Assembly: GCF_001194135.2 (NCBI RefSeq)
Contig: NC_068983.1
Coordinates: 14,083,908 to 14,139,462 of the forward strand
Source: Octopus bimaculoides
Lineage: Eukaryota
DNA length: 55,555 bases
Direction of reading: 5' to 3'
In this document: positions 12,181-25,399 of the stretch, piece by piece
Layout of the letters: each line of letters opens with the position of its first letter
Position numbering within the stretch: position 1 is the first letter of the stretch
Program-made: the position numbers and the translations under genes
The notes under the pieces: generated by a model
Databases searched by the model: none
Told to the model about the DNA's origin: nothing
Seen by the model: the letters and a program-made list of their open reading frames with translations, nothing else

Positions 12181-12945
12181 TACATACATACATACACACA
12201 CACACATTTATATATATATATNNNNNNNNNNNNNNNNNNNNNNNNNNNNNNNNNNNNNNNNNNNNNNNNNNNNNNNNNNNNNNNNNNNNNNNNNNNNNNN
12301 NNNNNNNNNNNNNNNNNNNNNNNNNNNNNNNNNNNNNNNNNNNNNNNNNNNNNNNNNNNNNNNNNNNNNNNNNNNNNNNNNNNNNNNNNNNNNNNNNNNN
12401 NNNNNNNNNNNNNNNNNNNNNNNNNNNNNNNNNNNNNNNNNNNNNNNNNNNNNNNNNNNNNNNNNNNNNNNNNNNNNNNNNNNNNNNNNNNNNNNNNNNN
12501 NNNNNNNNNNNNNNNNNNNNNNNNNNNNNNNNNNNNNNNNNNNNNNNNNNNNNNNNNNNNNNNNNNNNNNNNNNNNNNNNNNNNNNNNNNNNNNNNNNNN
12601 NNNNNNNNNNNNNNNNNNNNNNNNNNNNNNNNNNNNNNNNNNNNNNNNNNNNNNNNNNNNNNNNNNNNNNNNNNNNNNNNNNNNNNNNNNNNNNNNNNNN
12701 NNNNNNNNNNNNNNNNNNNNNNNNNNNNNNNNNNNNNNNNNNNNNNNNNNNNNNNNNNNNNNNNNNNNNNNNNNNNNNNNNNNNNNNNNNNNNNNNNNNN
12801 NNNNNNNNNNNNNNNNNNNNNNNNNNNNNNNNNNNNNNNNNNNNNNNNNNNNNNNNNNNNNNNNNNNNNNNNNNNNNNNNNNNNNNNNNNNNNNNNNNNN
12901 NNNNNNNNNNNNNNNNNNNNNNNNNNNNNNNNNNNNNNNNNNNNT

Positions 12946-13392
12946 TAACATTTCGATAGAAAAGTCTATCTAAAAAGGGTGAAATGAGTTTGCGAGAATG
13001 GAGAGAAGAGCAGATGTCAACTCGGAATTTGCGGTTGCTTTCGGACAATTCATGAGGTACCTATTTTCTAAGGTTAGGAAGCTTTCCAAGTTGTGGAAGA
13101 TGACGATGTATGGTTTGAACTAAGCTTTATTGCCAATTCTTCAACTGATAAGACAGGATTTTCTTCAAGTAATGCCTCAAGGAGCTTATCATCAAACTCA
13201 ACTGGACGTCCTGTTTGATCTTCATCTTCAAGGCTGAAATTTTTATTTCTGAACTTTGCAAACCATCTTCTGCGAGTTCTTTCATTCAAGCATTCTTTCC
13301 CATAAACTGAGTGTATGTTCCGAGTTGCTTTGGCTGCAGAGTTTCCTTTTTTGTACTCATAAAGCATTATGTGCCTTAAATGCTCTTTGGAT
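12946..13392 (-). mobile_element. Mariner (DD34D-type) transposase N-terminal remnant, bounded by gaps
   Basis: HLRHIMLYEYKKGNSAAKATRNIHSVYG...RRWFAKFRNKNFSLEDEDQTGRP (HTH plus GRP), then after a frameshift VPHELSESNRKFRVDICSSL...PFLDR (WVPHEL motif). Confidence 0.9.
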
Positions 13393-13582
13393 NNNNNNNN
13401 NNNNNNNNNNNNNNNNNNNNNNNNNNNNNNNNNNNNNNNNNNNNNNNNNNNNNNNNNNNNNNNNNNNNNNNNNNNNNNNNNNNNNNNNNNNNNNNNNNNN
13501 NNNNNNNNNNNNNNNNNNNNNNNNNNNNNNNNNNNNNNNNNNNNNNNNNNNNNNNNNNNNNNNNNNNNNNNNNNNNNNNNNN

Positions 13583-13623
<41 letters not shown>

Positions 13624-13791
13624 TATATGTATATATATGTATGCATATATGTATATATATGTATGCATATATGTATATATATAATGTATATATATTATGT
13701 ATATATGTATGTATATATGCATGTACGAAGGCTTGATAAGAGTGCTCAATACATATATATTTATAGCAGATCTACAAAAATGCAACACCCC

Positions 13792-13825
<34 letters not shown>

Positions 13826-14420
13826 TTATATAAATGTGCTCATGCACGTAATTTATGTGTATCTATATTTATCTATTTATAAATGTATACATCTTTTTGC
13901 ATTCATAAACTCATGCATACACTTCTCTCTCTCTCTATCGCTATGTATACGTACACATATACACGAATCCATACAAACACTTACGCTCAGTATATATATA
14001 TAGAAAGCAGAAAAGAATAAAGTGTGATACAAATACAGGGAAATAGATAGATAGATAAATACATATACACATAGTGTGGTATTCATTAAAATAGTGATAC
14101 TGCGTGAAAAAGAAACGAAAGTAGGAGAAAATTAAGTATGAGAGACAAACCAATAGAAGTAGGAAAATGAAAGAGTCTGTTGTATGATATGTCGAAATAT
14201 AATGCAATTTGTCATTCTTGAATGTACTTTTACAATCGTTACCTCAATCTAATGTAATTTAGTCATTCCCCGCCAACAGTTATTCATGTGATGATGGTGC
14301 ATAGGAAGAAACTAATTTTTATCTGTTTCTTGTTTAGTACAACATAACATAGCTCTCAGTACTAATATTTGTGTGAAGGCAGACGCTCACATACAGTACA
14401 GTTACATAAGACCACCATAT

Positions 14421-14518
<98 letters not shown>

Positions 14519-14629
14519 GCTTGAGAGAGTTTGATGCAGCTGCCCTCATCTACATCTCCTGCCGCAAAGTTGGTTCCTCTGTACGACACAAACAAAAAAA
14601 AAACTAAGAGAAGAAGGTATTGTATTCCA

Positions 14630-15130
14630 GGTCCAACAACTGTTTCTGGGGGTTCGGAATTACCTTCTCCCATAAGGTGTTTTGTGTCTTTTACTCATAT
14701 CTTAAGGTTATTTCGGGGTGGCAAGAAGTGACTGTAAGCTGGAGGAAGGACAATCTTTTCTTGTCATTGCTTCAGAGTTTCTTCCAGGACAGTATCCACT
14801 CAAAAGTCTGGTCCGCTGTACCCATTATCCGTGGTGAACGAGCCCTACTTCACATCACCTGGTGATCCATCCCTGTCGAATCGAGGATGTTTTGCGCTAT
14901 GAGCCCTCTCTTACTCCCGGAGTTGGTGTTTTCCTACCTCTTGGTGCTGTAGTTGCTGACAGACGTTTTCAACAACTTCTTGGGGCTTCAAGTATGTTTT
15001 AGTTTCCTTCACAGTGTGGTTTCCACTTTTTGCTGCACTTCATGATCTTGGGGTGTTTGACTCTCTCATCCTCAGATACAAGCAACATGCTGATTGCTTT
15101 GGCCTTCGTGGCATTGAATCACCCGCCACC
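14630..15130 (-). mobile_element. Decayed Hero-like (restriction-like endonuclease) non-LTR retrotransposon fragment
   Basis: Minus-strand frames give KPQEVVENVCQQLQHQEVGK, LSWKKL*SNDKKRLSFL and LPPRNNLKI*VK. These resemble the post-RT motifs KW..QEAV...L.H.E.VG, ISW..LW.M...RISFL and LP.P.NL..WG of Hero/R4-type elements. Confidence 0.55.
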
Positions 15131-15334
15131 ATTACTGATGAAATGAGCAAGTAGAGAAAATAGGTTTTGTTGCACAGATTAACTGGGGAACGTGCAGCCA
15201 TCATCGCACGAACTTACTGCAGAACCTCTCCATTGGCTCTACCCAAGTGAGTAAAGCTAGAAAGCAAAACCGGCCACAATTATTTTGTTTAGTACGCATT
15301 GAGTTATTTTGTACATTATATTTCAAAGCTAAAT

Positions 15335-15742
15335 ATCCGGATCTTTTTTAAAACGGGGACAACATTTTTCATTAACGAAACACTTTGAAACTTGGAACAT
15401 TGGTAGAATGTGTCATATAAAACATCTTTTTCTCTTAGTCTTCCTAAAAAAAAAGAAATCCATAAGTTATTCCATGTGAAAGTTGTCGTATTTCTGTAAT
15501 TTCAACCAATCACTGACGTCCATTCAGCCGATATACATTAAGTGCCGACTACATAAACAAACGATTCTGAAACAATTAACCCTAACCCTAACCTTAGGGT
15601 TAGGGTTAGGGTTAGGGTTAGGGTTAGGGTTAAAGCAAATTTAAAATGAAAAAAGCAAATAAAACGAAGGTATGGAGATTAAATACGCTTTACATCGCTT
15701 AATCAGTCAAAGGAGTAAATATAAACAACTGAATACTTGTCA
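15335..15742. mobile_element. Probable non-autonomous DNA element carrying internal telomeric repeats; right end lost in gap
   Basis: A complex block starting tatccggatctttttta surrounds the (CCCTAA)/(TTAGGG) junction and runs into the N gap. The element identity is inference. Confidence 0.4.
15576..15633. repeat. Interstitial telomeric repeat in inverted arrangement: about (CCCTAA)3 then (TTAGGG)6
   Basis: ttaaccctaaccctaacc|ttagggttagggttagggttagggttagggttagggttaa is read directly. Confidence 0.95.
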
Positions 15743-15842
15743 NNNNNNNNNNNNNNNNNNNNNNNNNNNNNNNNNNNNNNNNNNNNNNNNNNNNNNNNNN
15801 NNNNNNNNNNNNNNNNNNNNNNNNNNNNNNNNNNNNNNNNNN

Positions 15843-15908
<66 letters not shown>

Positions 15909-17849
15909 ACACACGCACACACACATTCACACGCACACACATACACACACATACACAAATCTAGATATAGGTGTACATAAACACAATATTTATGTGTGTG
16001 TGTGTATGTGTGGGTGTTGAGGGAGATTAGCTGCTATTCACAGCATGCAGATAGCCCACGTGGGAGTTACCTCATTTTGTTTTCACAGTAGTCTGCTACG
16101 AATAAGACGCTTGTCTTCTTTCGTTTTGTTCTATTGTATCTTTCTCTTACTCTCTCCCTCTCTCTCCCCCCTCTCTCTCTCCCTCGCTCTCCCCCTCTCT
16201 CTCTCCCGAACTTTGCTGATAGTGATAGCAAATAAAATAGTAAAGATTTAATGTTATAGATCAATGATATAAAATAAAGAAAAAAATAATGTCAGTAGTT
16301 AATTTTAGTTGGTTTTTGGCAGGCAAATGTGTTTGCCACGGCAATATCAGACAGGTAAATATAGGTGAAATTGAAGTATCGGTAGCGAAGAAAATCCATA
16401 ACGCTGTTTGGAACATTGACAAACTTTGAGTTTATTCTTGTTGTAAGAAACATTTCTACTTCAATGCTTGTTGTCTTGCAATGATAAGAAATGAAAAATA
16501 AAAAAAAAGCGAAAAGAAGGTAAAAGAAATCTGATGCGGAAACGAGAAAAATAAAAGTTGTACAGAAGACTAAATGGATGATTAAATTTCCTTTCTATAT
16601 CTTTCAGTCTCTGTATGTGATCTGTGTGTGGATGATTCTAGGTTCGATTTTGTCATTACTCGTAACTTTTTATCAGTCACTCACATACACAAATTAGAAA
16701 CACACACACATACATACATACATACATACATACATACATACACACACACACAGACTCTTTTGCTTAATATACATTTAGGCCCACCGAAAATATATACACA
16801 AACGTACAGACAGCGTTCGCGCACACACAGAAAACAATAAATGGAGGAGTTACCTTACCAGCCTAATAACAGAATGAGGAATATGAAAAAAACGTAGAAA
16901 CATCATCTTGTGTCTTTCACATTTCCACTACACATTAAGCAAAAAAAAAAAAAAGGAAAAAATCTTCAGATGAATTGAGAAATATTTAACATCACAATCT
17001 AGATAAACTTCCTCTAGCTTATGCTGGCTGAGTCACCCTAACACAAGCTCCCACTACACCTGCAGCACTCACCATCCGAATATATGTTCACTTAACTCCA
17101 TCTGCTTAGCTTAAAAACCATACTTTACAAACGCTGCATCCCTAGCCTATCAATTTTCCGGAACATATATAACCTTGACCACAAGCCTCTTTAAGATACG
17201 TTAATACTAACACATTAATACGTTCCCCACCCCACTTAGAAAACATGATTACGCGTTGCTTTGATACAATCTACGATGGAAAGTATTAGCAAAAGAATAA
17301 CTGTACGTAAATATTAAAAAAAATATACATCCTATTGAAGAGTGCTTACATATAATACTGGCTAACACAAACTCCAACAAACATTCGTGGAGGACTAACT
17401 TTTGCGTAGATTAGAGGCATTAAAAAATTCGACAGAGGCTATACGTAACTAGCATACCATCAAAGGTTATGCTACTAATACGGTCGGAAAAACTAACCCG
17501 ATTCGACAGCCCACGTGAACACTTCATCAAGAGCTTCTGACTTTATTAAAATATCCCCACATAGAACATACATTCTTCAGAATTGTTCTTACTGCACAAA
17601 TAATCCTAGTCATAAATTATTCTCCTGCATAAGTGCGCTGTGTATGGGTACACACACGCACAACGCGCACGTGCCACCTACACATGTATGTATACATTTA
17701 TACATATATATGTTGACGCACAAGCACGCACACACACACACACACACAGACACACACACAGACACACACACACACACATAAAAATATATATGTATGTATA
17801 TGTATGTAATATAATATATATTAATATGTTATATAATATATGTATATTT

Positions 17850-17881
<32 letters not shown>

Positions 17882-18015
17882 NNNNNNNNNNNNNNNNNNN
17901 NNNNNNNNNNNNNNNNNNNNNNNNNNNNNNNNNNNNNNNNNNNNNNNNNNNNNNNNNNNNNNNNNNNNNNNNNNNNNNNNNNNNNNATATAATATATATA
18001 TATATATATATATAT

Positions 18016-18429
18016 GATAGCTGTGTGGTAAGTAGTTTGCTTACCAACCACATGGTTCCGGATTCAGTCCCACTGTCTGGCACCTTGGGCAAGTGTCTTC
18101 TACTATAGCCTCGAGCCGACCAAAGCTTTGTGAGTGGATTTCGTAGACGGAAACTGAAAGAAGCCCGTCGTATATATATATATGTATGTGTGTGTTTGTG
18201 TTTGTATCTCTTTTTCTCCCCCACCCACACCAACATCGCATGACAACTGATGCTGGTGTGCTTACGTCCCCGTACCCTAGCGGTTCGGCAAAAGGGACCG
18301 ATAGAATAAGTATTAGGCTTACTTACAAAGAATAAGTCCTGGGGTCGATTTGCTCGACTAAAGGCAGTGCTCCAGCATGGCCGCAGTCAAACAACTGAAA
18401 CAAGTAAAAGAAAAAAAGAATAAAAGAAT
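18016..18429 (+). mobile_element. Full-length SINE family B
   Basis: gctgtgtggtaagtagtttgcttaccaaccacatggttccggattcagtccc ... caccttgggcaagtgtcttctactatagcc ... gactaaaggcagtgctccagcatggccgcag ... aagtaaaag. Confidence 0.92.
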
Positions 18430-18820
18430 ATACATATAGTTAATGTATGTGTGTGTGACCGTATTTATGTGTGTATGTATGAGTGAAAATAAATGTCTGC
18501 ATCTAGATATATATCTGTGTAAATATTATCATAAGCAACGTGGGAATAGGGCGTAAGAAGCCGAATACATTTGCCACACACACAAACACATACACACACA
18601 TATGTGTGCATATATTTTAACGCTGGCCTATGTATACAGTTACGTGTAAGAGCATGTAAAAGCATGTAATTCATCTAGTTGCACTTGTGTTTGTGCGCAT
18701 AGATTCTTTTCAGTCGCCTTCTGTTTCTCCCTATACAGACCTCTGTGTAGGTCTGCACTTTTGTGTCTGTATATGTAATTCTTATTACAGCTATCAAACA
18801 AAAGTGGGTATTTGATAGTA

Positions 18821-19218
18821 TGAGGGTGAGTCGAAAAGTAATGCCATTTTGTTTGGGACAGGTATAATTACCAACACAAGAACATGTATCATACATCAAA
18901 ATGAAGCTGGTCCTCTGTAGATCACATCCCTACTTCTCAACATGGCCACCATTTCTCTCAATAGCGATGTTCCACCTTCGAATAAGAGCATGTATCCCTG
19001 CCCCGTAAAATTCTGCTGACTGTTCTTTGAGCCACTTCTTCACTACAGTTTTCACTTCCTCGTCACTGGACTGTCATCTCTTCGGCCCCATGAAAGAGTG
19101 TTTGAGAGACAAACATTATTCCAGTGACGAGGGAGTGAAAACTGTAGTAAAGAAGAACAGTTAACAGAATTTTAGGGGCAGGGATACATGTTCTCATTCA
19201 AAGGTGGAACATTACTAT
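18821..19218. mobile_element. Mariner-derived foldback element: two transposase 3' ends in inverted orientation
   Basis: Left end TA-tgagggtgagtcgaaaagtaatgcc is a mariner-type TIR. The minus strand encodes SSDEEVKTVVKKWLKEQSAEFYGAGIHALIRRWNIAIERNGGHVEK*. The plus strand from 19069 encodes DCHLFGPMKECLRDKHYSSDEGVKTVVK... Arms are 18961-19070 and 19120-19218. Confidence 0.88.
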
Positions 19219-19236
19219 CTATCTACAGCAGCAATC

Positions 19237-19710
19237 ACATAGTTATTATTGTAAGGCTTATAGGGTTCCAAGTAGCCGTATGAACAAAATGAGTTCTTGA
19301 TTTTAAAAAAATATACAACAGTATATTAAAGAATTTTCATTTTATCAAAAATATTCATTTAAGAAACTTCGGAAACTGATAATATTCTTTAAATTGTGCC
19401 TCGTATCAAAGTTATACAGCTATTTTGTGTAAACATGAAATGAAAAAATCGTATAAGTGAAAGCTAGTTAAAAACTATCTTGTTTAGCGTGCTAGAAATA
19501 GTAGCGCTTACATAGTTATTATTGTAAGGTTTATAGCGTTCCAAGTAGCCATGCCAACAAAATCATTTCTTCATTAAAAAAAAGAAAGAAATATGTAATG
19601 GTACTTTAAAGAATTTTCATTTTATCAAATAGATTCATTTAACAAACTCTGGAAACTGATAATATACTTGAAATTGTGTCTCGTTTGAAAATTATATAGC
19701 TATTATCAAA
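19237..19710. repeat. Diverged tandem duplication, period 273 bp (about 1.7 copies)
   Basis: acatagttattattgtaagg(c/t)ttatag(g/c)gttccaagtagcc at 19237 and 19510. Similarity continues through aaagaattttcattttatcaaa and ggaaactgataatat. Confidence 0.9.
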
Positions 19711-20847
19711 TTATCATTAATGAAAAATAGAGGCGAGTGAGAATGAGAGACTGTTGCAAATAAGAACGTAAAAGGTTGCCTGCAACGAATTAATAGTGTT
19801 TACTATTAAACATTAAAATCTACTCCGCAGTGAATGCAATGAATATTTAAATTTATGAAGAACTGAATGCAGTAAATGCAATGAATATTTAAGTTTGAGA
19901 GAATTTGGAGTTTAAAAAATTCAATAAACTTCAGAAATCGAAATTATAGGGAATTTCTTAGAAAATGAATTCATAAAAATATTTCCAGACGGCCAAGTTT
20001 TTAATATTGCTTTCTTTTAGTACTTTTAGTAATTGTTACAAACCTAATTAATAAGCAGGACTCATATTTAAATGATGAAGTGAATCTAACGGTTTTATTG
20101 TGTGTTTTTAAATGACTTATAAACACCTTCCACGCTGCAATTGTTTTTGTTTCAGCTCACGATCTCACATCAAGGCACTTGTTGTGCAAGTACAACTCCN
20201 NNNNNNNNNNNNNNNNNNNNNNNNNNNNNNNNNNNNNNNNNNNNNNNNNNNNNNNNNNNNNNNNNNNNNNNNNNNNNNNNNNNNNNNNNNNNNNNNNNNN
20301 NNNNNNNNNNNNNNNNNNNNNNNNNNNNNNNNNNNNNNNNNNNNNNNNNNNNNNNNNNNNNNNNNNNNNNNNNNNNNNNNNNNNNNNNNNNNNNNNNNNN
20401 NNNNNNNNNNNNNNNNNNNNNNNNNNNNNNNNNNNNNNNNNNNNNNNNNNNNNNNNNNNNNNNNNNNNNNNNNNNNNNNNNNNNNNNNNNNNNNNNNNNN
20501 NNNNNNNNNNNNNNNNNNNNNNNNNNNNNNNNNNNNNNNNNNNNNNNNNNNNNNNNNNNNNNNNNNNNNNNNNNNNNNNNNNNNNNNNNATATATATATA
20601 TATACATATTTATATATAAATACATTCATATATGCATATATGTATGCGCACACGACGATGTGTGTATGTTTGTGTATAGATGGGAATGCTATGTATTAAT
20701 GCAAGTTTAGGTCTACGCATACATATGTATATATATATATATATATACACTCACAAATACATTAACGTATATATGTACATATATATGTTCATATGTATAC
20801 CCTGACACACACGCACTCCTAAACACATGTACATGCACATATACGCG

Positions 20848-20884
<37 letters not shown>

Positions 20885-21316
20885 CAGTTTGTGTTTGTAT
20901 TTTTTACGATACTTGAGATTATAATTTATAGAAATCTCTTTCTATACGTCTGCCATTTTCCTAGCCACTGTAGAAGCTATGGCTTGTTGGTTCCACAGAT
21001 ACGGTCCAAAGAATATCCGGCTACAAGATGGTCAAAGTTAGAATAGCTATACCACACATTTTTCTCAAATTATATTACTACTATTATGCACCATATAGCA
21101 ATTAATCAATTATAATAGAATACATAAATATATACATAAAAAGACAGGTCTTAGAGCTACTAGCTGTCACAGATACTGTGAAGGTTTAAAAATAATTTAA
21201 ATGATTTAGTATGTAATAAGTCCTTACCTGTCAGCACCCATGCAAGCATACATATGTTGTCATATATATATACATACATATATACATATGCGCATATACG
21301 TGCATTGACATAGGTG

Positions 21317-21360
<44 letters not shown>

Positions 21361-21372
21361 GTACATTTGTAT

Positions 21373-21527
21373 AAGGCGGCGGGATTTCGTCTAATTCTAC
21401 CGGAGTCGATTTTGCCTTTCATCCTTACGGGGTCGATAAAGTAAGTTCTAACTTAGTACTGGGGTCGATTCAATAGACTTAACTTCGCCCCACCAAAAGT
21501 TCAGGTCTTGTGCCTATAATAAAAGGT
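21373..21527 (+). mobile_element. SINE family A, internally deleted copy
   Basis: aaggcggcggg ... gtcgattttgcctttcatccttacggggtcgataaa ... ttcaggtcttgtgcctataataaaagg. Confidence 0.8.
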
Positions 21528-21551
21528 ATATATATATTTGTATATGCATGC

Positions 21552-21585
<34 letters not shown>

Positions 21586-21595
21586 NNNNNNNNNN

Positions 21596-21634
<39 letters not shown>

Positions 21635-21749
21635 TACATCTCCCACCTCCCACATATACATATGTAACATATGTATATGCACATTTCATTTCTTATAGAA
21701 AGGGCAAATTTCAATTGGTAAACTTTGGTTTACGCACGTCATTCAGTAC

Positions 21750-22430
21750 CTCGCCATTTTCCTGAATTATCTAATTTCATGCCTGTGACCTACTTGTGTT
21801 ATTTCCTTTAAATTATGCTCTGAACACATGCAAATTATAGTGGACAATATACTTTGTAATTCTGTTCCACTGATCAAAGCAGACTTGAGAACTTCAGACA
21901 TATACTTCACCGATAAGATCCAATAACTGAAAATGTAGGTAGCTGTAGTTCTTGTCGGTTAACAAAGATCATATTTCTCTTCTAAGTCCGTAAATTAAAT
22001 TTTCTGTGGCATTAATTCTTAATTTCTTGAAATTATTTCCCGTTCTTTTTTTGGTGGGGAAGTCGCTTTGTCAGTGGCCAGGGAAGTTAGATGGAATCGT
22101 TTGAACATTGTGTAGAATGTCCTCTAGTATCTGTTCCGGTTCTCTACTACTTGATATTGTGAGTTTTTTCTTCAAAGTTTTTTTTTCTTCAACTAAGCAA
22201 TACACACATTGCTGTACGTATTGCTAACAAAGGTATGGGGTCTGCCAGATCCAACTCTTTTCCGGTCTTTGGGCGATAGTTTGATTTCAGGGTGTATAAA
22301 TTTCACTTCACTTACGCTGTGAATACGCTGGGGAATCTATCTCAACATGAAATGCTGATTGATCTCCTCTCCTACCTAGAATAGGTAACGGAACGGAGTG
22401 GGTGAGACCCTGCCATACGTTAGTATGACA
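21750..22430 (-). mobile_element. Possible highly decayed LINE (APE endonuclease region)
   Basis: Fragmentary minus-strand similarity (HPEIKLSPKDRKRVGSG resembles the Y....RKDR...GGG motif), with many stops. Confidence 0.3.
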
Positions 22431-23099
22431 TCATGCAAAGCTACACGCGAAACCGGATATACAGCTATTTCAAAAAAAAAAAAAGAAGAGGGGAAAATAA
22501 CAGATGGGATAATATCTGTCAAGTAGATATCAACACTAGAGAGAAAGTATTTTTAGTACCTTGACAAATAATAATAAAAAAAATATATGCATTTAGGAAG
22601 TATTCTCTGTTTCTTCTACTTTTTTCCTTTTTGAATTTAAATATTGTATAACCACACTTAAAATAGAGGATTAAGCAAAACATAAATTGATTCAAAACAT
22701 GCACAAGTGTATAAATAAATAAATTCATTTAGAAAAAAAAGGAATAAAAATCCATATATATTTTTTGTTGGATTTTAGCTGTAAAAGCATCAGTAACTGC
22801 ATTAGCATTGTAAATTATAGCGGATTGTTTGCATATTGTGTAGTCTCTTGGAAACTTTAATTTTGTTCTTATTTTCTGCTATTTCCTGTCATATAAACGC
22901 ATAAAATGTGTAGAAGCCTCACCAGCTCTACTTGAAAAAAACAGTGACTTGCGAAAGCTTTTAAGTCATATATCAATTGCTAATGACAGCAAACATTGAA
23001 CTTCGTACTTTTACAAGATCGAGGCCATATTGGAAGTTATGGTTGCTTATGCGCTTAACGATTTGCTTCTGTGTCCAAAGATATTTGCACACATTCATG

Positions 23100-23148
<49 letters not shown>

Positions 23149-23323
23149 ACACACACATACACACACAGAAATCTACATAGAAAAATACACAGATGCATCT
23201 GTTTGGTAATGCATTACCGTAGTATTCTTACACTAAGTTTTAGATGGATATGCGTATTCACATACATATACATAAACATAAATGTGTCGCATGTATTTCG
23301 TGATAAATTATATACTCATAAGC

Positions 23324-23397
<74 letters not shown>

Positions 23398-24205
23398 GCT
23401 ATTATGTGAAACTGTGGTGAGTCTAAATTTGGTTAAATACTTTTTTTCAATATTTATTTTTGCTTGCAATAACCAGTGTTTTTGGTCAAATTATCGTATC
23501 TCCAGCTGCTTCAGATGCCAAGATATGAAAATTACCAAAGTGTAGTACAACGGTTTTGCTATGGAATGGTGAAACTATTTTTTCGTTTCCTGAAAAAGAA
23601 ACGTTTTGCACTTACAACATACATACATACATACATAATATACATATATATATATGTATACACACGCGCACACACCTTTAGATAATTACATAAACATAAT
23701 ACATACACACAAGCACGCACACACATACACACAGTCATATCTCTTGTATCTAACTTCTCTTAGCTCGGAAACATAGATAGGCAGATAGATAGATACAGTG
23801 AGGGATAAAGAGAGAACGAGCGAGAGAGATAGATGTGAAACAGAGACAGAGACTGAGAGGGATTGATAGATAGACAGAGAAGAGAGAGAGAGAGGCGGGG
23901 AATTTGTATATGTAACTTTGAGAGAAAATATTTAACATCTGTTTAAAGAACAACAAGCCGACAAACAAAGACCAGATAAATGTTAATAATTTTGGAAACG
24001 ATCTTTTGTTGTATCAAAAATGATATTTAACATTTTCTGTTGTTTTGCAACATTTTATTTGTAATTGCGTAGAAAAACTTAAGAATTTTTGTGTTATATT
24101 TTCTTTTCTTATATTTGTTTTTCTTCATTTTATTCTTTCTTTAAAATTTCAGTACCTTGAAGTATAATGTAAAGAAATGCTTTGTAATTCCCATACGGAG
24201 TGTGT

Positions 24206-24290
<85 letters not shown>

Positions 24291-24506
24291 TATATCGTAT
24301 AGACACTTATATATTATATGTGTATGATTATGCATTTCAGTGTGTATACATACTAAGTGTATGTGCATGTATAGTGTATAGATATATGCATGTTTAAACA
24401 TTTATGAACATATGGATAAGTATGCATACATACGTACATAGATACACACACATATATATCTATATATCTATATGTATATACATGTATATATATATGTATA
24501 TACATG

Positions 24507-24540
<34 letters not shown>

Positions 24541-24600
24541 GGTGTATATACGTATGTATATATATGTGTATATATATATGTGTGCATATATACACGTCCG

Positions 24601-24656
<56 letters not shown>

Positions 24657-25399
24657 AATATATGTATATATAAATAAATACACACACACACATATATATA
24701 TGCATATCTTTATTTCTTTATTAATACATATCTTTAAATTGTATGCGCGGGTGCTTGTGTGTGTGTGTGTCTGTTTGTGGTATGTTTGCATGTGAATTTG
24801 TTTTTTTTAAATATTTTTGCAATTTCTTTATGCATATGTATGAGCTATTTTCTTTTCCTCTTCTGTTAGAATGCAATTTGAAATCAGCAATCTTACATAC
24901 ATCAAAATACTATTAGAATCTCATTGTTCTGTTTTATGTTGAGCTGTTTTCAAATGCACTGTTGTCAGAAACCATCCATTAAAATGTGCCGGTAATACAT
25001 TATTAAGAACTATGAGTAGAAGGGAAGATAAAGTAATCTTAAGAATTTCTTTAGAAAATACATAACAGCTATTGGTAAAAATCTAAACACAAGGTGAACA
25101 CTAAAAGCGCTATCATCTTAGAGGAATCATAGATAATTAATGTTTCTTCAAAACTATTCAATATATATGCAAAAAAAAAAGAAAAATTAAAATAGTAAAC
25201 AGAAATTAGTTTTCATTATTTTGTTTAATTTTGTAAAATTTTTTATATGTATTTTACTACANNNNNNNNNNTATATATATATATATAGATATTTTTTACA
25301 TTTTCCTTAAGACGTGGTTTGAGTCTATTGACAAAATAATGATGGAACATTTCTATAGCAATCTACCAATTCACTATTAACTCTATAATGGTGATGCTT

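Noticed and set aside
15576-15633. Ancestral telomere-telomere fusion site
   Set aside because: The repeat order is the reverse of a fusion signature and the array is very short.
16323-16661. Two small + strand exon candidates (16323-16354; 16608-16661, SLYVICVWMILGSILSLL)
   Set aside because: Splice signals are plausible but the segments are short and unrecognised. Such matches are expected by chance in AT-rich DNA.
17050-17620. CR1/L2-like LINE remnant
   Set aside because: It looks like decayed coding sequence, but I could not recover a convincing RT motif in any frame.
19237-19710. CRISPR-like or prokaryotic repeat-spacer array (here and at 54536-54740)
   Set aside because: These are plain tandem repeats without unique spacers or cas genes, in clearly eukaryotic DNA.
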